A DNA stretch of 32,000 bases from Erysipelothrix inopinata (lineage in GTDB: Bacteria; Bacillota_I; Bacilli_A; Erysipelotrichales; Erysipelotrichaceae), in assembly GCF_014396165.1 (NCBI RefSeq), contig NZ_CP060715.1:2040001-2072000 (forward strand). Reading direction: 5' to 3'. The first letter of the stretch is position 1. Each line of letters begins with the position of its first letter. The translations under genes and the position numbers were made by a program. The notes under the pieces were generated by a model. The model did no database searches. It was not told where the DNA came from and saw only the letters and a program-made list of their open reading frames with translations. Shown here piece after piece: positions 8,923 to 19,300 of this stretch.

Positions 8923-9882
8923 TCATATTTTTTTAATTTCTATCATTTCATAGTCAATAGCAACAGATGTAGGATTATCAGTAAATAAATATTGATAGAG
9001 TTTCTTACCTACCGTTATTAAATTATAATCAATACTTGTGAAATTCATTAATGTGCTCATATACGTATTCCCTTCACTAATAATGAAGAAGTTTTGGTGA
9101 TGAACAAAACCTTTTTTCTTTGCCTCTACGATGAGGCTTGCACCTACTTCATCTGAATCCACAAAAATACCGACAATAGCATTATTATTTACTTGATCAT
9201 GAATTTTATTCATAACCCCACCTGTGTTTTTGTCGGAAAAAACTGCATGAAAAAACTGACTTTCTGCAGGTTTTTTAAGTGTTTCCTCATATGCCCGCCA
9301 TTTGGCTTGCGTACTTCGGCTCAGTTCAACGGATTTATTCGTTGTTGTGAAGATATCAGTACATCCATAATCCAATAAATGTTGGTAGATTTCATAATAC
9401 GAGGCAATTCTTCTTGGATACACATTGGTAGCACCCGTAACAACCTTCTCTCGACAGATAGTGATTGGACCATATTTAGAGTATTCTGTTAAGTAATGAT
9501 CCTCACATGCCTTCGAAATAAAGATAAGTCCATCCAACTCTTTCTTACGCAGCATTTCTAAGAAAACAAGTTCTCTTTCTATCTCATAGTTAGAACATAA
9601 CAACATCACATTGTAACCATCTTGATTGGCAGCATCAATAATACCCTTTGAGACGGTATCATAGCCATAATAATCTACTTCAGGAACAACAAGTCCCACA
9701 CACTGAGTTTTTCCTTTACTTAATTTAACGGCATTAGAGTTACTTACATAGTTATACTCATCCACAATTTCTAGAACACGACTTCGAACCGCATCAGAAA
9801 CATAGGGATGATTATTAAGAACTCGTGACACTGTTGATACAGATACATTCGCCTCTTTCGCAATATCTCGAATATTAACCAT
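8923..9882 (-). CDS. LacI-family transcriptional regulator
   Basis: N-terminus MVNIRDIAKEANVSVSTVSRVLNNHPYVSDAVRSRV is the LacI HTH signature, followed by a periplasmic-binding-protein-like sugar-binding fold. RBS AAGGAG lies upstream. Confidence 0.95.
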   Translation of the reverse strand: MVNIRDIAKEANVSVSTVSRVLNNHPYVSDAVRSRVLEIVDEYNYVSNSNAVKLSKGKTQCVGLVVPEVDYYGYDTVSKGIIDAANQDGYNVMLLCSNYEIERELVFLEMLRKKELDGLIFISKACEDHYLTEYSKYGPITICREKVVTGATNVYPRRIASYYEIYQHLLDYGCTDIFTTTNKSVELSRSTQAKWRAYEETLKKPAESQFFHAVFSDKNTGGVMNKIHDQVNNNAIVGIFVDSDEVGASLIVEAKKKGFVHHQNFFIISEGNTYMSTLMNFTSIDYNLITVGKKLYQYLFTDNPTSVAIDYEMIEIKKI

Positions 9883-9901
9883 AGCACGCTCCTTTAGAAA
9901 C

Positions 9902-9910
9902 AGTATACCA
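9902..9910 (-). promoter_or_regulatory. Candidate extended -10 (TGgTATACT) for the LacI-family gene
   Basis: The minus strand reads aaaaTGgTATACTgtttctaaaggagcgtgctATG. This is an extended -10 with a short leader. This is a motif-only call. Confidence 0.35.
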
Positions 9911-10129
9911 TTTTATGACTCTAACCGATGGCTTTGAACTTGGTATTATTTTTACGCAATCCCATTATCTTCACAGACTAAGTTGTGAAAATATAGGCAT
10001 GATTAACTGTGAAATACAGCTTTGGGAGTGGGTTTGTTAAAAGTGTGTAAATTTGTGAATTTCGAGTTGAATTTATTATTGAAATATGAAATTATAGTCT
10101 TGTCCAAATTAAACACACAGGAGGGGACA

Positions 10130-11146
10130 ATGAAAAAAAATCTATTAGTATTCCTAGTCATGATTTTGTTTTTAACAGGTTGTAGCGCAAAAGGTAATGA
10201 TAAAGCATCAAAAAATATTGATGAATTAACGGTCTTTTTCGTTCCAAGCCGTGATCCAAAAGAAATCGCAGCCAAAACTGAACCACTTAAAGCATTGATT
10301 ACTGATCAATTAAAAGAAGAAGGTTACACAATTGGTAATGTGAAGATTGAGATTTCACCAAACTACGAAGCAGCTGGAGAAGCACTTGATGCTGGAAAAG
10401 CACATATTGGTTTCATCCCTGCAAGTACATATGCTTTATACTCAGAAGATAAGAATGTCGATGTTATCTTGGCAGCTTCTAGAGATGGTTTAAACAAAGA
10501 TTCAGAAAATGCTAAAGATTGGAATGATGGTCAACCAACACTTCCAGTTACTGACCAAGTTACATTCTATCGTTCATTAATTTATGCAGGAACATCTTCA
10601 AAAGGACGTGAACTTGCAGAAATCGTAAACAGTGGTAAAAAATTAAGTTGGGACGATTTAAATGGTGCTACATGGTGTCATTCAAATACAACCTCATCTG
10701 CTGGTTATGTATACCCTTCATTATGGTTATCAGAAAACTATGATGGAAAAATGATTGCTGATTTAACAAACAAAGTAGAAGTTACAGGCTACCCAGATAC
10801 TGCAGCACGTCTTGCTACAGGACAATGTGATGTTGGTGTCGGATATGCAGATATTCGCCGTGACTACGAGAAAAACTGGACTGAAGAATGGAAAAAAGAA
10901 AATATCTGGACTGAAGTTGATGTTATCGGAGTTACTGAAGGAATCATGAATGATACAATTTCAGTATCGAACAAACTTGTTGATGATGAATTCAAAAAAG
11001 CACTTCAAAAAACATTTATCGAAATTGCTAAAACAGAAGATGGTAAAAAAGCAATTGAGATTTATAACCACACTGGATATAAAGAAGTCACAGACAAAGA
11101 CTATGACTCATCACGTAAAGTACTCGAGTTATTAAAGAAACAGTAA
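10130..11146 (+). CDS. phnD: PhnD-family (phosphonate/phosphite/phosphate) ABC transporter substrate-binding lipoprotein
   Basis: The start is set at MKKNLLVFLVMILFLTGCSA, which carries a signal peptide with lipobox LTGC and is preceded by AGGAGGGG. The body (VFFVPSRDP ... GKAHIGFIPASTY ... TSSAGYVYP) is PhnD-like. The gene is followed by phnC/E-type genes. Confidence 0.85.
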   Translation: MKKNLLVFLVMILFLTGCSAKGNDKASKNIDELTVFFVPSRDPKEIAAKTEPLKALITDQLKEEGYTIGNVKIEISPNYEAAGEALDAGKAHIGFIPASTYALYSEDKNVDVILAASRDGLNKDSENAKDWNDGQPTLPVTDQVTFYRSLIYAGTSSKGRELAEIVNSGKKLSWDDLNGATWCHSNTTSSAGYVYPSLWLSENYDGKMIADLTNKVEVTGYPDTAARLATGQCDVGVGYADIRRDYEKNWTEEWKKENIWTEVDVIGVTEGIMNDTISVSNKLVDDEFKKALQKTFIEIAKTEDGKKAIEIYNHTGYKEVTDKDYDSSRKVLELLKKQ

Positions 11147-11161
11147 TAGTATTCAGTTCTT

Positions 11162-11183
11162 AAGCGGGGTGACCCGCTTTTTT
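11162..11183 (+). terminator. Intra-operon stem-loop with T-run between phnD and phnC (partial terminator or attenuator)
   Basis: 7-bp GC-rich stem AAGCGGG / CCCGCTT with loop GTGA, followed by TTTTTT. It lies 16 nt after the phnD stop and 18 nt before the phnC ATG. Confidence 0.6.
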
Positions 11184-11200
11184 AAAGTAGGAGAGTTTTT

Positions 11201-11968
11201 ATGATTAAATTTAATAATGTTAGTAAAGTATATCCTAACGGTGTAAAAGCCTTGGATGGTGTTAATTTAGAAATTGAACAAGGTGAGTTTGTCGCAATCA
11301 TCGGCCTATCAGGTGCTGGTAAGTCTACATTACTTCGAAGCATTAATCAGATGCATCCAATCACTGGAGGAGAACTGATCGTAAATGGTCAAGATGTTTC
11401 TTCACTTAGCGGTAAATCACTTCGTAAGTTTCGTCGTCAAATTGGAATGGTATTTCAATCATTTAATCTTGTAAAGCGTACAACAGTTATTAAGAATGTT
11501 CTTACAGCACGTGTCGCGGAAATGCCTTGGTTCAAAAGTTTATTAGGCCTCTATTCAAAAGAAGATACACTTTCTGCTCTTGAGAGCTTGGATCAAGTCG
11601 GAATCCTCGATAAAGCATACAGTCGTGCAGACGAACTTAGTGGTGGTCAACAGCAACGTGTTGCTCTTGCAAGATGTTTGGCGCAGAAACCTCAAATTAT
11701 TCTTGCTGATGAACCAGTTGCTTCATTGGATCCAATTACAGCCCAACAAGTTATGGCAGACTTCGTGAAGATTAATGAGAAAACAAACATTACTGTTATC
11801 GTTAACATGCATCACGTTGATTTAGCACTAAATTATGCCAAACGTGTCATTGGTATCAAGGCAGGTCAAATTGTCTTTGATGGCCCCAGTTCTGAAGTAA
11901 ATGAAGAAGTATTGGAACTTGTGTATGGTCGTTCTCTCAATGATGATGAAATGATGGGAGTGAAGTAA
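11201..11968 (+). CDS. phnC: Phosphonate-type ABC transporter ATP-binding protein
   Basis: Walker A GLSGAGKSTLLR, signature LSGGQQQRVALARCL, Walker B ILADEPVASLDP. The overall PhnC-like N-terminus is IKFNNVSKVYPNGVKALDGV. Confidence 0.9.
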   Translation: MIKFNNVSKVYPNGVKALDGVNLEIEQGEFVAIIGLSGAGKSTLLRSINQMHPITGGELIVNGQDVSSLSGKSLRKFRRQIGMVFQSFNLVKRTTVIKNVLTARVAEMPWFKSLLGLYSKEDTLSALESLDQVGILDKAYSRADELSGGQQQRVALARCLAQKPQIILADEPVASLDPITAQQVMADFVKINEKTNITVIVNMHHVDLALNYAKRVIGIKAGQIVFDGPSSEVNEEVLELVYGRSLNDDEMMGVK

Positions 11969-11969
11969 G

Positions 11970-12791
11970 ATGTCCTTTCTTAAGTCGATACTCTATCCTA
12001 AAAGTATCACTTTAGATAATGGAAAGGTTGTGAAACCACCCATCAGAATGAATGTCATCATTTCAATCATTCTGATTATTCTAATTTATCTAAGTGCAAA
12101 AATTACAGGTTTTAACTTTTCAATGCTTATTCAAGGTGGGAGTGAATTCTTTAAATTCTTAACACGAATGATGCCACCCAACCTCGGGTTTGCTAAAGAC
12201 GTTATGAATCCAATGCTACAAACTTTCGCAATGTCATTTCTCGGTACATTGCTTGCAGCTATCTTTGCCCTTCCTGTGGCATACCTTTCTGCAACCAATA
12301 TGAATCAAAATACCGTTACTCGTACAATTATACGATTTATCATGAGTATTTTTAGAACGATTCCAGTTCTGATTATTGCCTTGATCATGACTTATATTTT
12401 TGGTTTGGGAACCTTTGCCGGAATGATAGCAATCTTCTTATTTACTTTTTCAATTGTTACCAAAATGACTTACGAACAAATTGAAATGGTAGATATGGGA
12501 CCCTTTGAAGCAAGTATTTCTACAGGTGCTTCGCGATTTCAATCATTTATTGCTTCTGTAATACCTCAAATTAGCGGTCTTTACCTTTCGACCATCCTCT
12601 ATAACTTGGAGATGAATATTCGTTCTGCCGCTGTTTTAGGGTATGTAGGTGCTGGTGGAATTGGTACTCTAATGAATCAAAGCATTGGATGGCGTCAATA
12701 TCAAAACCTTGCAACAATTCTACTTATCTTATTGGTAAGTGTCGTCTGCATTGAAGCTTTGAGTCGTCAAATTAGAAAGAGGTTATCGTAA
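11970..12791 (+). CDS. phnE: Phosphonate-type ABC transporter permease (PhnE family)
   Basis: 273-aa polytopic membrane protein with a BPD_transp_1 fold and a PhnE-type C-terminal motif (RSAAVLGYVGAGGIG). The ATG is 1 nt after the phnC stop. Confidence 0.9.
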   Translation: MSFLKSILYPKSITLDNGKVVKPPIRMNVIISIILIILIYLSAKITGFNFSMLIQGGSEFFKFLTRMMPPNLGFAKDVMNPMLQTFAMSFLGTLLAAIFALPVAYLSATNMNQNTVTRTIIRFIMSIFRTIPVLIIALIMTYIFGLGTFAGMIAIFLFTFSIVTKMTYEQIEMVDMGPFEASISTGASRFQSFIASVIPQISGLYLSTILYNLEMNIRSAAVLGYVGAGGIGTLMNQSIGWRQYQNLATILLILLVSVVCIEALSRQIRKRLS

Positions 12792-13594
12792 TGAATCCAA
12801 CAGTTCAAACGGTTTATGATAACCGTCCCAAAAAATACAAAAGAATCATTTTTATTTCTTTAATCGTAGTAGGTATTACCTTATTATCTGTTCCCTATGT
12901 TGATTATAATGGTATTGTTGAAAATGGAATGGATATTGTAAATAGTATTCTTATGGGAATACTCAAACCCAACTGGGAAGTACTCTTCACACTTTCAAAA
13001 GAAGGTGTTCCATATCTCGTATTCGAAACAGTAGCGATTGCATTCTTAGGAACCTTTGTAGGACTTGTCCTTTCAATTCCTATTGCATTTCTATCATCAG
13101 AGAATATTGTCTCTAAGAAATTTTCTTGGATTGGAACTTTCGTAATTACAGTAATCCGTACATTCCCACCTTTTGTTTATGGTCTTATGCTAATAAGAGT
13201 ATCTGGCCCTGGTGCCTTTACAGGTGTTCTTACTCTCGCGATTACTTCAATCGGAATGATATCTAAAATGTTTGTGGAAGTCATTGAAGATTTAGATCAA
13301 GGTATTATTGAATCTTTAGATGCTTCAGGATGTAACACCATTCAAAAAATCCGTTATGGTATAATTCCTCAGTTAATGGGAAACTTTGCTTCAATTTCTA
13401 TCTATCGATTTGAAATTAATGTTAAGAACGCATCAATTTTAGGCCTTGTTGGTGCTGGCGGTATTGGTGCTCCATTACTCTTCGCAATGTCTGGTTTTAG
13501 ATGGGCAGATGCTGGTGCATTACTTTGGGGTCTCATTATCTTAGTTGTTGTTGTTGAAGCATTGTCTTCACGCATCAGATCCAAATTATCATAG
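12791..13594 (+). CDS. phnE: Second PhnE-family ABC transporter permease
   Basis: Paralogous to the preceding gene (KNASILGLVGAGGIG). The start overlaps the upstream stop (TAATG). Confidence 0.9.
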   Translation: MNPTVQTVYDNRPKKYKRIIFISLIVVGITLLSVPYVDYNGIVENGMDIVNSILMGILKPNWEVLFTLSKEGVPYLVFETVAIAFLGTFVGLVLSIPIAFLSSENIVSKKFSWIGTFVITVIRTFPPFVYGLMLIRVSGPGAFTGVLTLAITSIGMISKMFVEVIEDLDQGIIESLDASGCNTIQKIRYGIIPQLMGNFASISIYRFEINVKNASILGLVGAGGIGAPLLFAMSGFRWADAGALLWGLIILVVVVEALSSRIRSKLS

Positions 13595-13601
13595 AAAAAT
13601 T

Positions 13602-13650
13602 AAAAACTCTCTTTACTATCAGAATCAAATACGATAGTTGGAGAGTTTTT
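13602..13650. terminator. Long bidirectional terminator hairpin between phnE2 (+) and the DUF3137 gene (-)
   Basis: The outer 10-bp stem AAAAACTCTC / GAGAGTTTTT and inner 6-bp stem ACTATC / GATAGT give an A-tract, stem, T-tract architecture. That arrangement works in both directions. Confidence 0.75.
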
Positions 13651-14594
13651 TAGTTTCTTTGTTTAAATAAATCAGAATCCAATCCCAAGTCAGTTATTAA
13701 TTCAGATATTATATTAGCCTCGGATATTACATCTTGGATGAATGTATCTGTTACTTCTTGATTGTTTTTTATCTCAAATGCATCACCACCAGTATTCGCA
13801 GCAATATAAATAACTCCTTCTGTTACAACCACACTCAACCTTGCGTGGAATTTATCTTTCAGATTCATTACTTTTTCCATAAAATGAGGTGTAAAAACAT
13901 AAAAAGACTCTTCTTCATCGTTAGTATAGACATCAAAACGTTCATTAAAACGGTCATCCTCAAACGTAATTTTATGAACATTTGGAAGTTTGTGACCTTT
14001 AAAGATACCACTGAGGAATTTCTTATCTTTAATTTGTACATAATTTATTGTATCTTTATGAAAATTAAATTTGTATACCTGTCCCTTGAAATCAGTGTTT
14101 GTAGTTGTATTACCATCACTATCTGTTCTTTCGGTATATGTCCAAACATCAGCACGTGAAAAATCCACACCATCTTTTCTTCCTTTCAGAAGATCATTAC
14201 TACTATATCGATTTCCAAAAGGAATGAGTTCAATTGTTTTTAACTCAGTTCTTGATATTCCTGTCTCAGGTGCAAACGATACATTCTCAAACATTTTTTC
14301 AAATACAAGGCTATTTATTACCTTCTTTACACTGTCTTTGTATTTTTTTGTTTTGGGCACGACGTATAAGTATCGAACCATAGAAGTAGCAATGAGTGCA
14401 ATTATCGTGGGTAATACAATATCCACCATAGATGCATCACCTGGATCGTTAAGAATTTTTAATGATCCAGCTATTGGAAACATTAAAAATACAACAAGTA
14501 GGAACATGTTAATTGTGGTGGCCTTAGATGATGCTTCATATTCTTTTGAGAGTTCATTTCTTATTTTCGCAATTTCTTCCTTGTTAATTTCCAT
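13650..14594 (-). CDS. DUF3137-like membrane protein (frequent LemA partner), function unknown
   Basis: 314 aa with two N-terminal TM helices and a soluble domain whose pattern I recognise as DUF3137 (NRYSSNDLLKGRKDGVDFSRADV ... FKGQVYKF ... RFNERFDVYTNDEEESFYVFTPHFMEKV). It is translationally coupled to lemA, with its RBS GAGAGG overlapping the lemA stop. Confidence 0.7.
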   Translation of the reverse strand: MEINKEEIAKIRNELSKEYEASSKATTINMFLLVVFLMFPIAGSLKILNDPGDASMVDIVLPTIIALIATSMVRYLYVVPKTKKYKDSVKKVINSLVFEKMFENVSFAPETGISRTELKTIELIPFGNRYSSNDLLKGRKDGVDFSRADVWTYTERTDSDGNTTTNTDFKGQVYKFNFHKDTINYVQIKDKKFLSGIFKGHKLPNVHKITFEDDRFNERFDVYTNDEEESFYVFTPHFMEKVMNLKDKFHARLSVVVTEGVIYIAANTGGDAFEIKNNQEVTDTFIQDVISEANIISELITDLGLDSDLFKQRN

Positions 14595-14596
14595 AC

Positions 14597-15139
14597 TTAC
14601 CTCTCTATTACGTCAAAGGATATACTTGGTAAAATACGTTCTTCGTACTGTGCTTCATAAAATGATGCAGGTTTCGCTTTAGCAAGACCATTTATCATAC
14701 TACCAGGAAACATTGAGATACTTTGATTTAATTGGCTCACATTATGATTATAAAGGCGCCTTGCAGCCTGCAGATGCTCCTCAGTGTCCGCTAACGCTCT
14801 TTGCAGCATTAAGTATTGTTCGCTACTCTTAAGCTCGGGATAGTTCTCAGAAAGAGCTAATAATTGAGATACCGTTTGATTAAGTTGATATTCATACTCA
14901 CTTCGACTCACTAGGAGGTCATTGCGTGCTTTAATCACAAGTTCCAATGTATCTCGTTCATGCTTTGAATAACCCTTAACTACCTCAACTAAATTAATAA
15001 TAACATTGTATCTTTTGGATAATGCGACATCAATCCCAGAATAACCTTCTTGAACTTTAATTTCATTTGTTTTGATTTTATTATAATACCCAATCGTAAA
15101 TACTAAAAATACAACTACAACTCCAACAACTACCCACAT
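14597..15139 (-). CDS. lemA: LemA-family membrane protein
   Basis: An N-terminal TM is followed by YNKIKTNEIKVQEGYSGIDVALSKRYNVIINLVEVVKGYSKHERDTLELV and SENYPELKSSEQYLMLQRALADTE, which are canonical LemA motifs. Confidence 0.9.
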   Translation of the reverse strand: MWVVVGVVVVFLVFTIGYYNKIKTNEIKVQEGYSGIDVALSKRYNVIINLVEVVKGYSKHERDTLELVIKARNDLLVSRSEYEYQLNQTVSQLLALSENYPELKSSEQYLMLQRALADTEEHLQAARRLYNHNVSQLNQSISMFPGSMINGLAKAKPASFYEAQYEERILPSISFDVIER

Positions 15140-15279
15140 ACTTTCACCTTCTTTATTTAAAGGTATCGAATTCCATACTTGATGTCAATGATATCCCAGT
15201 GAGACTTTGTGATAGTTTTATTACACTTTAAATTAACCACTTTGAGACGATTCATCTGTTTTGACTTATTAACATAAGA

Positions 15280-15307
15280 AAACCTCTTCCTATTAATGAA
15301 GAGGTTT
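15280..15307 (-). terminator. Rho-independent terminator after the aldolase gene
   Basis: Perfect 10-bp stem AAACCTCTTC / GAAGAGGTTT with an 8-nt loop, 5 nt after the stop, with a T-rich tail on the minus strand. Confidence 0.75.
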
Positions 15308-15312
15308 AAATA

Positions 15313-16197
15313 TTAAGATTCAGATGCTTTAGCAATTGCATCAATTGATGTTTGAAGTTTTTTATCAAATTCTTCATCCGTCAATTGAACTGTGATACCT
15401 TCGACTAACGCACGAGAGAAACTTGCAATCAATCCATGATTACGAGCAAGTCGACGATCAGCTTCTTCTTGTGAATACCCACCAGAAAGAGCAACAACTC
15501 TCACGACATGTTTGTCCTTCATAAGAGATTCATAGAAATTATCAACACTAGGAATACTCAATTTAAACATTACTTGTTCATCATCAAGGAGTGCTAAATG
15601 TCTTAGTAATGCTCCCTTTAAAAGAACTTCAGCTTCTGCTTTATCTTCAATAGTAATATCTACTTCAGGTTCGATGATAGGAACTAAACCATAAGAAGCA
15701 ATTATCTTCGCAACTTCAAATTGCTGTGCAACAATTCTTTCGATACCTTCTGCAGATGCCTTCTTGATGACCGATCGCATCTTCGTACCAAAAATATTTC
15801 TCTCTACTGCATGTTTAAGGAGCGTTTCAAGTTCAGTCATCGGTTTCATGAGTTGAACCCCATCTACCTCATCCGCCAATCCTTTATCTACCTTTAAGAA
15901 TGGTAAAATCCCTTTTACATTCCAGAGATAGTCAGCAGTATACTTATCATAAATCATTCGGTCCATTGTTTGTTCAAACAGAATGGCACCCAGTATTTTA
16001 TTCGAATTAAAAGCAGGTGACGTAATAATACGCGTTCTCATCTCATGTACTTTATCAAACATTTCAGTTTCATTGTGATAATCTGTTTCCATGACACCAT
16101 ACTGTCTTAATGCCTTAGGCGTACTTCCACCACTTTGATCCAATGCTGCAATAAATCCTTGATCATTTCTCATTCGCGATAATTTAACATTATCCAT
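15313..16197 (-). CDS. fda: Class I fructose-bisphosphate aldolase
   Basis: Strong colinear similarity to staphylococcal-type class I Fda (GFIAALDQSGGSTPKAL, ILGAILFEQTMDR, PFLKVDKGL, GTKMRS, VPIIEPEV, VVALSGGYS). The start is placed at MDNVKLS (16197), giving 294 aa. This matches the family length and sits behind GGAAGGAAGTGA. Confidence 0.93.
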   Translation of the reverse strand: MDNVKLSRMRNDQGFIAALDQSGGSTPKALRQYGVMETDYHNETEMFDKVHEMRTRIITSPAFNSNKILGAILFEQTMDRMIYDKYTADYLWNVKGILPFLKVDKGLADEVDGVQLMKPMTELETLLKHAVERNIFGTKMRSVIKKASAEGIERIVAQQFEVAKIIASYGLVPIIEPEVDITIEDKAEAEVLLKGALLRHLALLDDEQVMFKLSIPSVDNFYESLMKDKHVVRVVALSGGYSQEEADRRLARNHGLIASFSRALVEGITVQLTDEEFDKKLQTSIDAIAKASES

Positions 16198-16281
16198 ACT
16201 TTCACTTCCTTCCATAGATATATTATATACCCTCAAACATAATCATTAAAGCAAATCAATATTTTTTATTTGAGCATAAAA

Positions 16282-16305
16282 AGAGTATCTCTTACGAGAC
16301 ACTCT
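16282..16305 (-). terminator. Rho-independent terminator after the large surface-enzyme gene
   Basis: 10-bp stem with one G-U pair on the minus-strand RNA (AGAGUGUCUC / GAGAUACUCU) and loop GUAA, followed by UUUU. It lies 6 nt after the stop. Confidence 0.75.
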
Positions 16306-16310
16306 AGAAA

Positions 16311-19300
16311 TTACGATTTTTTAACTTTAATAAATAGAAATCCTAGGAGTATAAATCCAATTCCTATTATATATATTCCACTTGTACTCATTCCGGTCCC
16401 AGGTAATTTACCATTAGGGTATTCAGTTTCTGGAACTTTACCATTATCTCGGACTTTGAGATTGTTCATAGCACTCTTTAAATTTGAATACATCAAATCA
16501 ACCATCTCTTGCGTTGTTTCTTCATTTATATTTTTAATAAAGTCATGTGCTTCTTTTCGAGCGGTTTCAAAAGGAATCCAAGTCAATTCTGTATAATAAT
16601 CTTTATGTTTTAAATCAGATTCCTGAATAAGTTGAATTAAAGAATTCAAATCTATTTGATCAACTTCATTTTGTTTTATTGTAACAATCCGAGTATTACT
16701 TGCTTTAGAATAATTACCAGCCGTATCTTCCGCAACTACCCAGTATTGATAGTTATGTTCTGAGCTAAGATTGGAATCGAGATAATAGAGATTTTCCGTC
16801 GACGCAATTTCGACACCATCGCGATATACATGATATAGCTTGATACCCATATTATCCTCTGATTTGAGCCATTCAATTTGTACACTACTTTGCGATACAA
16901 TATCTACCTTATCTATAACTGGTGCTGTGGGGGCTAGTGTATCTTTGACAGTTGGGGTGAACCAGTTCCCAGATACAACAATCATACTTAACAATCTTAA
17001 ATTATTTCCAAAATATACTTCATCTTGAGTATCTGCAGAAGCATTTAAATCCCACAGGTCATTTAACCATGTCTGATGATCTGCGTGCATCATTGCGCTC
17101 ACCATGAATGGCGCCGTAAAGGTTAAATCTTGCCAATCACCTACAACTTCTCCATTTAATGTAAATCCCGATTTAATTTCGTTTACATCATCACTTGTTG
17201 ATTCTCTTAGCCATCTATTCAGAGTTTCCAGTTGACTATATGCACGTTTTTCTCCTGTAACTAAATAATCAGTTGCTAGTCTCCATGGAGTTCGAGCTGA
17301 GTTGTAGTAATAATTTCCATCATTTTCAGATTCTAAAAATTCCGAAGGCGCAGGAATATGTTTTCCCTCATCTAAAACAATAAAATCCGGTAACAGACCT
17401 GTATCTGTACTATATTCTTTATAAATAGTTTCAGATAGTTCGTAGGTATTATTAATCACGTTATCCCAACGCACATCTCCACTCACTATTCTAAAATCTT
17501 TAAGATGTTGCATCATCCAATCAGATGGACGTGTTGCTCCAAGATACTTATCACTATTTGCCCAATCAGCAAGATTAAGGGTCCACCTTTCATGGTCTAC
17601 TTCGCTTTCCATAATAGCATCAATAACTTTTCTAGCTTCCGTTAAGTAATTAATATTACCCAAGCTTCCCCACTGTTCATGGGCAAGTATTAGTGAATAA
17701 GCGATATCCATATCACCATCAATTGCTGAATCAGCGCCATTGATATCTACAATAACTCCATCAACTAACCCTTGTTGCCAAGCCATTAGATTAGAGTTTA
17801 TTTCTGATGGATGTGCCTTAAAATATCTAAACATCGCATCATAATCAGATTGAGTATGATTATATTGATTTGCCATCATCGCTAATATTATCATTCCATA
17901 ACCATGAGCTTCCGAAACCGTAATTTCATTGTCCTCATAGTCATCGGGATTTCCGTCAGAATACCAAACATACTTCTGATCAATATTATTTGGATCTACT
18001 TTTAAATACTTTTGCTTCCACTCAGTGAATAGTCTTTGTACTGTCTGATCCATTTCTTCCTGACTAATATGATTTGGTCTAATTGAATCCGATACGTAGC
18101 GAGTATGCTGAGGAAAACTTCGTCCAATATGTCCTTCAAGAGTCATAATGATAACTTTATCTGATTTTTGAGATTCGATGTCCTCATCGTTCACTGCTGA
18201 TACCTCGTAATTATAATTGGTTTTCTGAAGCAGTCCTGAATCTCTAAAGCTCGTAGAACGCGAAATTCCAATGAAAACATTATCTCTATATATTTTATAA
18301 TACTTAATGCCTGTATCACTAATACTAGATTCCCAAGAAATTTCAACTTCATACTGACTTATTGCTTTTCCTATAACATTTTTAGGTGTCGTAGGAGGTT
18401 CATTTCCCTCTTGCTGTGAATTAATAATAATACTTGATACCTGTCCATTCGTACGGATTCCAACCGGTACGACATTGAACGAGTACTTAATATTCGGATT
18501 TATTTTATCAATTTTCAAATGAATATTATCTTCATCAGTCTCAATATACTGAGACCAGTGAGTTCCCATTTTATCGTTACTTTCATACACTCTATATCCA
18601 CGAACCGGAGCACCTTTATCTGGTTTACTCCAACTTAGTTCCAGCTCATCATTATTCGCGGTATAAGTAAGGTTAGAGATTTGATTAGGAGCTTCGTCTG
18701 TTCTGACAATTCCATATTTATCATATTCAACCAAACCATCACCAACCGTATTTGCTTTCCCCTCGTCCTCAACGGCTGCTGTATAAGAAGTCATTGTTAG
18801 GATGTTTTCACTAATTCCCATATCTGTAAACATTTTTTTAAATGGTTGTTCATCGATAGCAGCAAAGAAATCGTCATAAGGAATTGGTTTTCCATCTTCT
18901 CCAATTATTTCGACTGCATCCCAATTTTCATCCAAATAGTGTTGGTTATTTTTTGTATAAAATTTATTCCCCAATGCATTTGGCATTAAATAGACAGTTC
19001 CCTTTGGATTAATATAATTACCGTCTGAATCTTTCTCAATACTTTCGAATGGAATTACTTCATTTCCGAGCATTTGAAAAGATCTCATGTACATATGGTC
19101 ATGTGCTTCAAAAACCATATCTATAGCCAGCTCATCAAATACAGGAATAAGATGCTTTCGATAGAATTGAACGCGTTCATCTTCCCATTGAGCCGAGTTA
19201 TCGCCTGCTGCATAAGGGGACTTATGGAATGTTACAAACTTCCATTTCTTTTCTGACTTAGCTACTGTATGCCGCATCCAGTCAACTTGTGCCCTAAACT

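Noticed and set aside
9969-10072. Repeated TGTGAA, TGTAAA and TGTTAA hexamers plus a TTCACA upstream of phnD, which resemble PhoP (Pho-box, TTNACA) half-sites.
   Set aside because: Only one pair (10035 and 10046) has the required 11-bp phasing. The other spacings are 8, 24 and 27 bp, the orientation is mixed, and such hexamers are common in AT-rich DNA. The evidence is not strong enough to call a Pho box.
10022-10129. A 36-codon upstream extension of the PhnD ORF. Similar extensions exist for the aldolase (16198-16236), the GH4 gene (25327-25350) and the PNPOx-like gene (8837-8842).
   Set aside because: In each case an internal ATG has a properly spaced Shine-Dalgarno sequence and yields the expected family N-terminus or a lipoprotein signal peptide. 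The extensions have neither.
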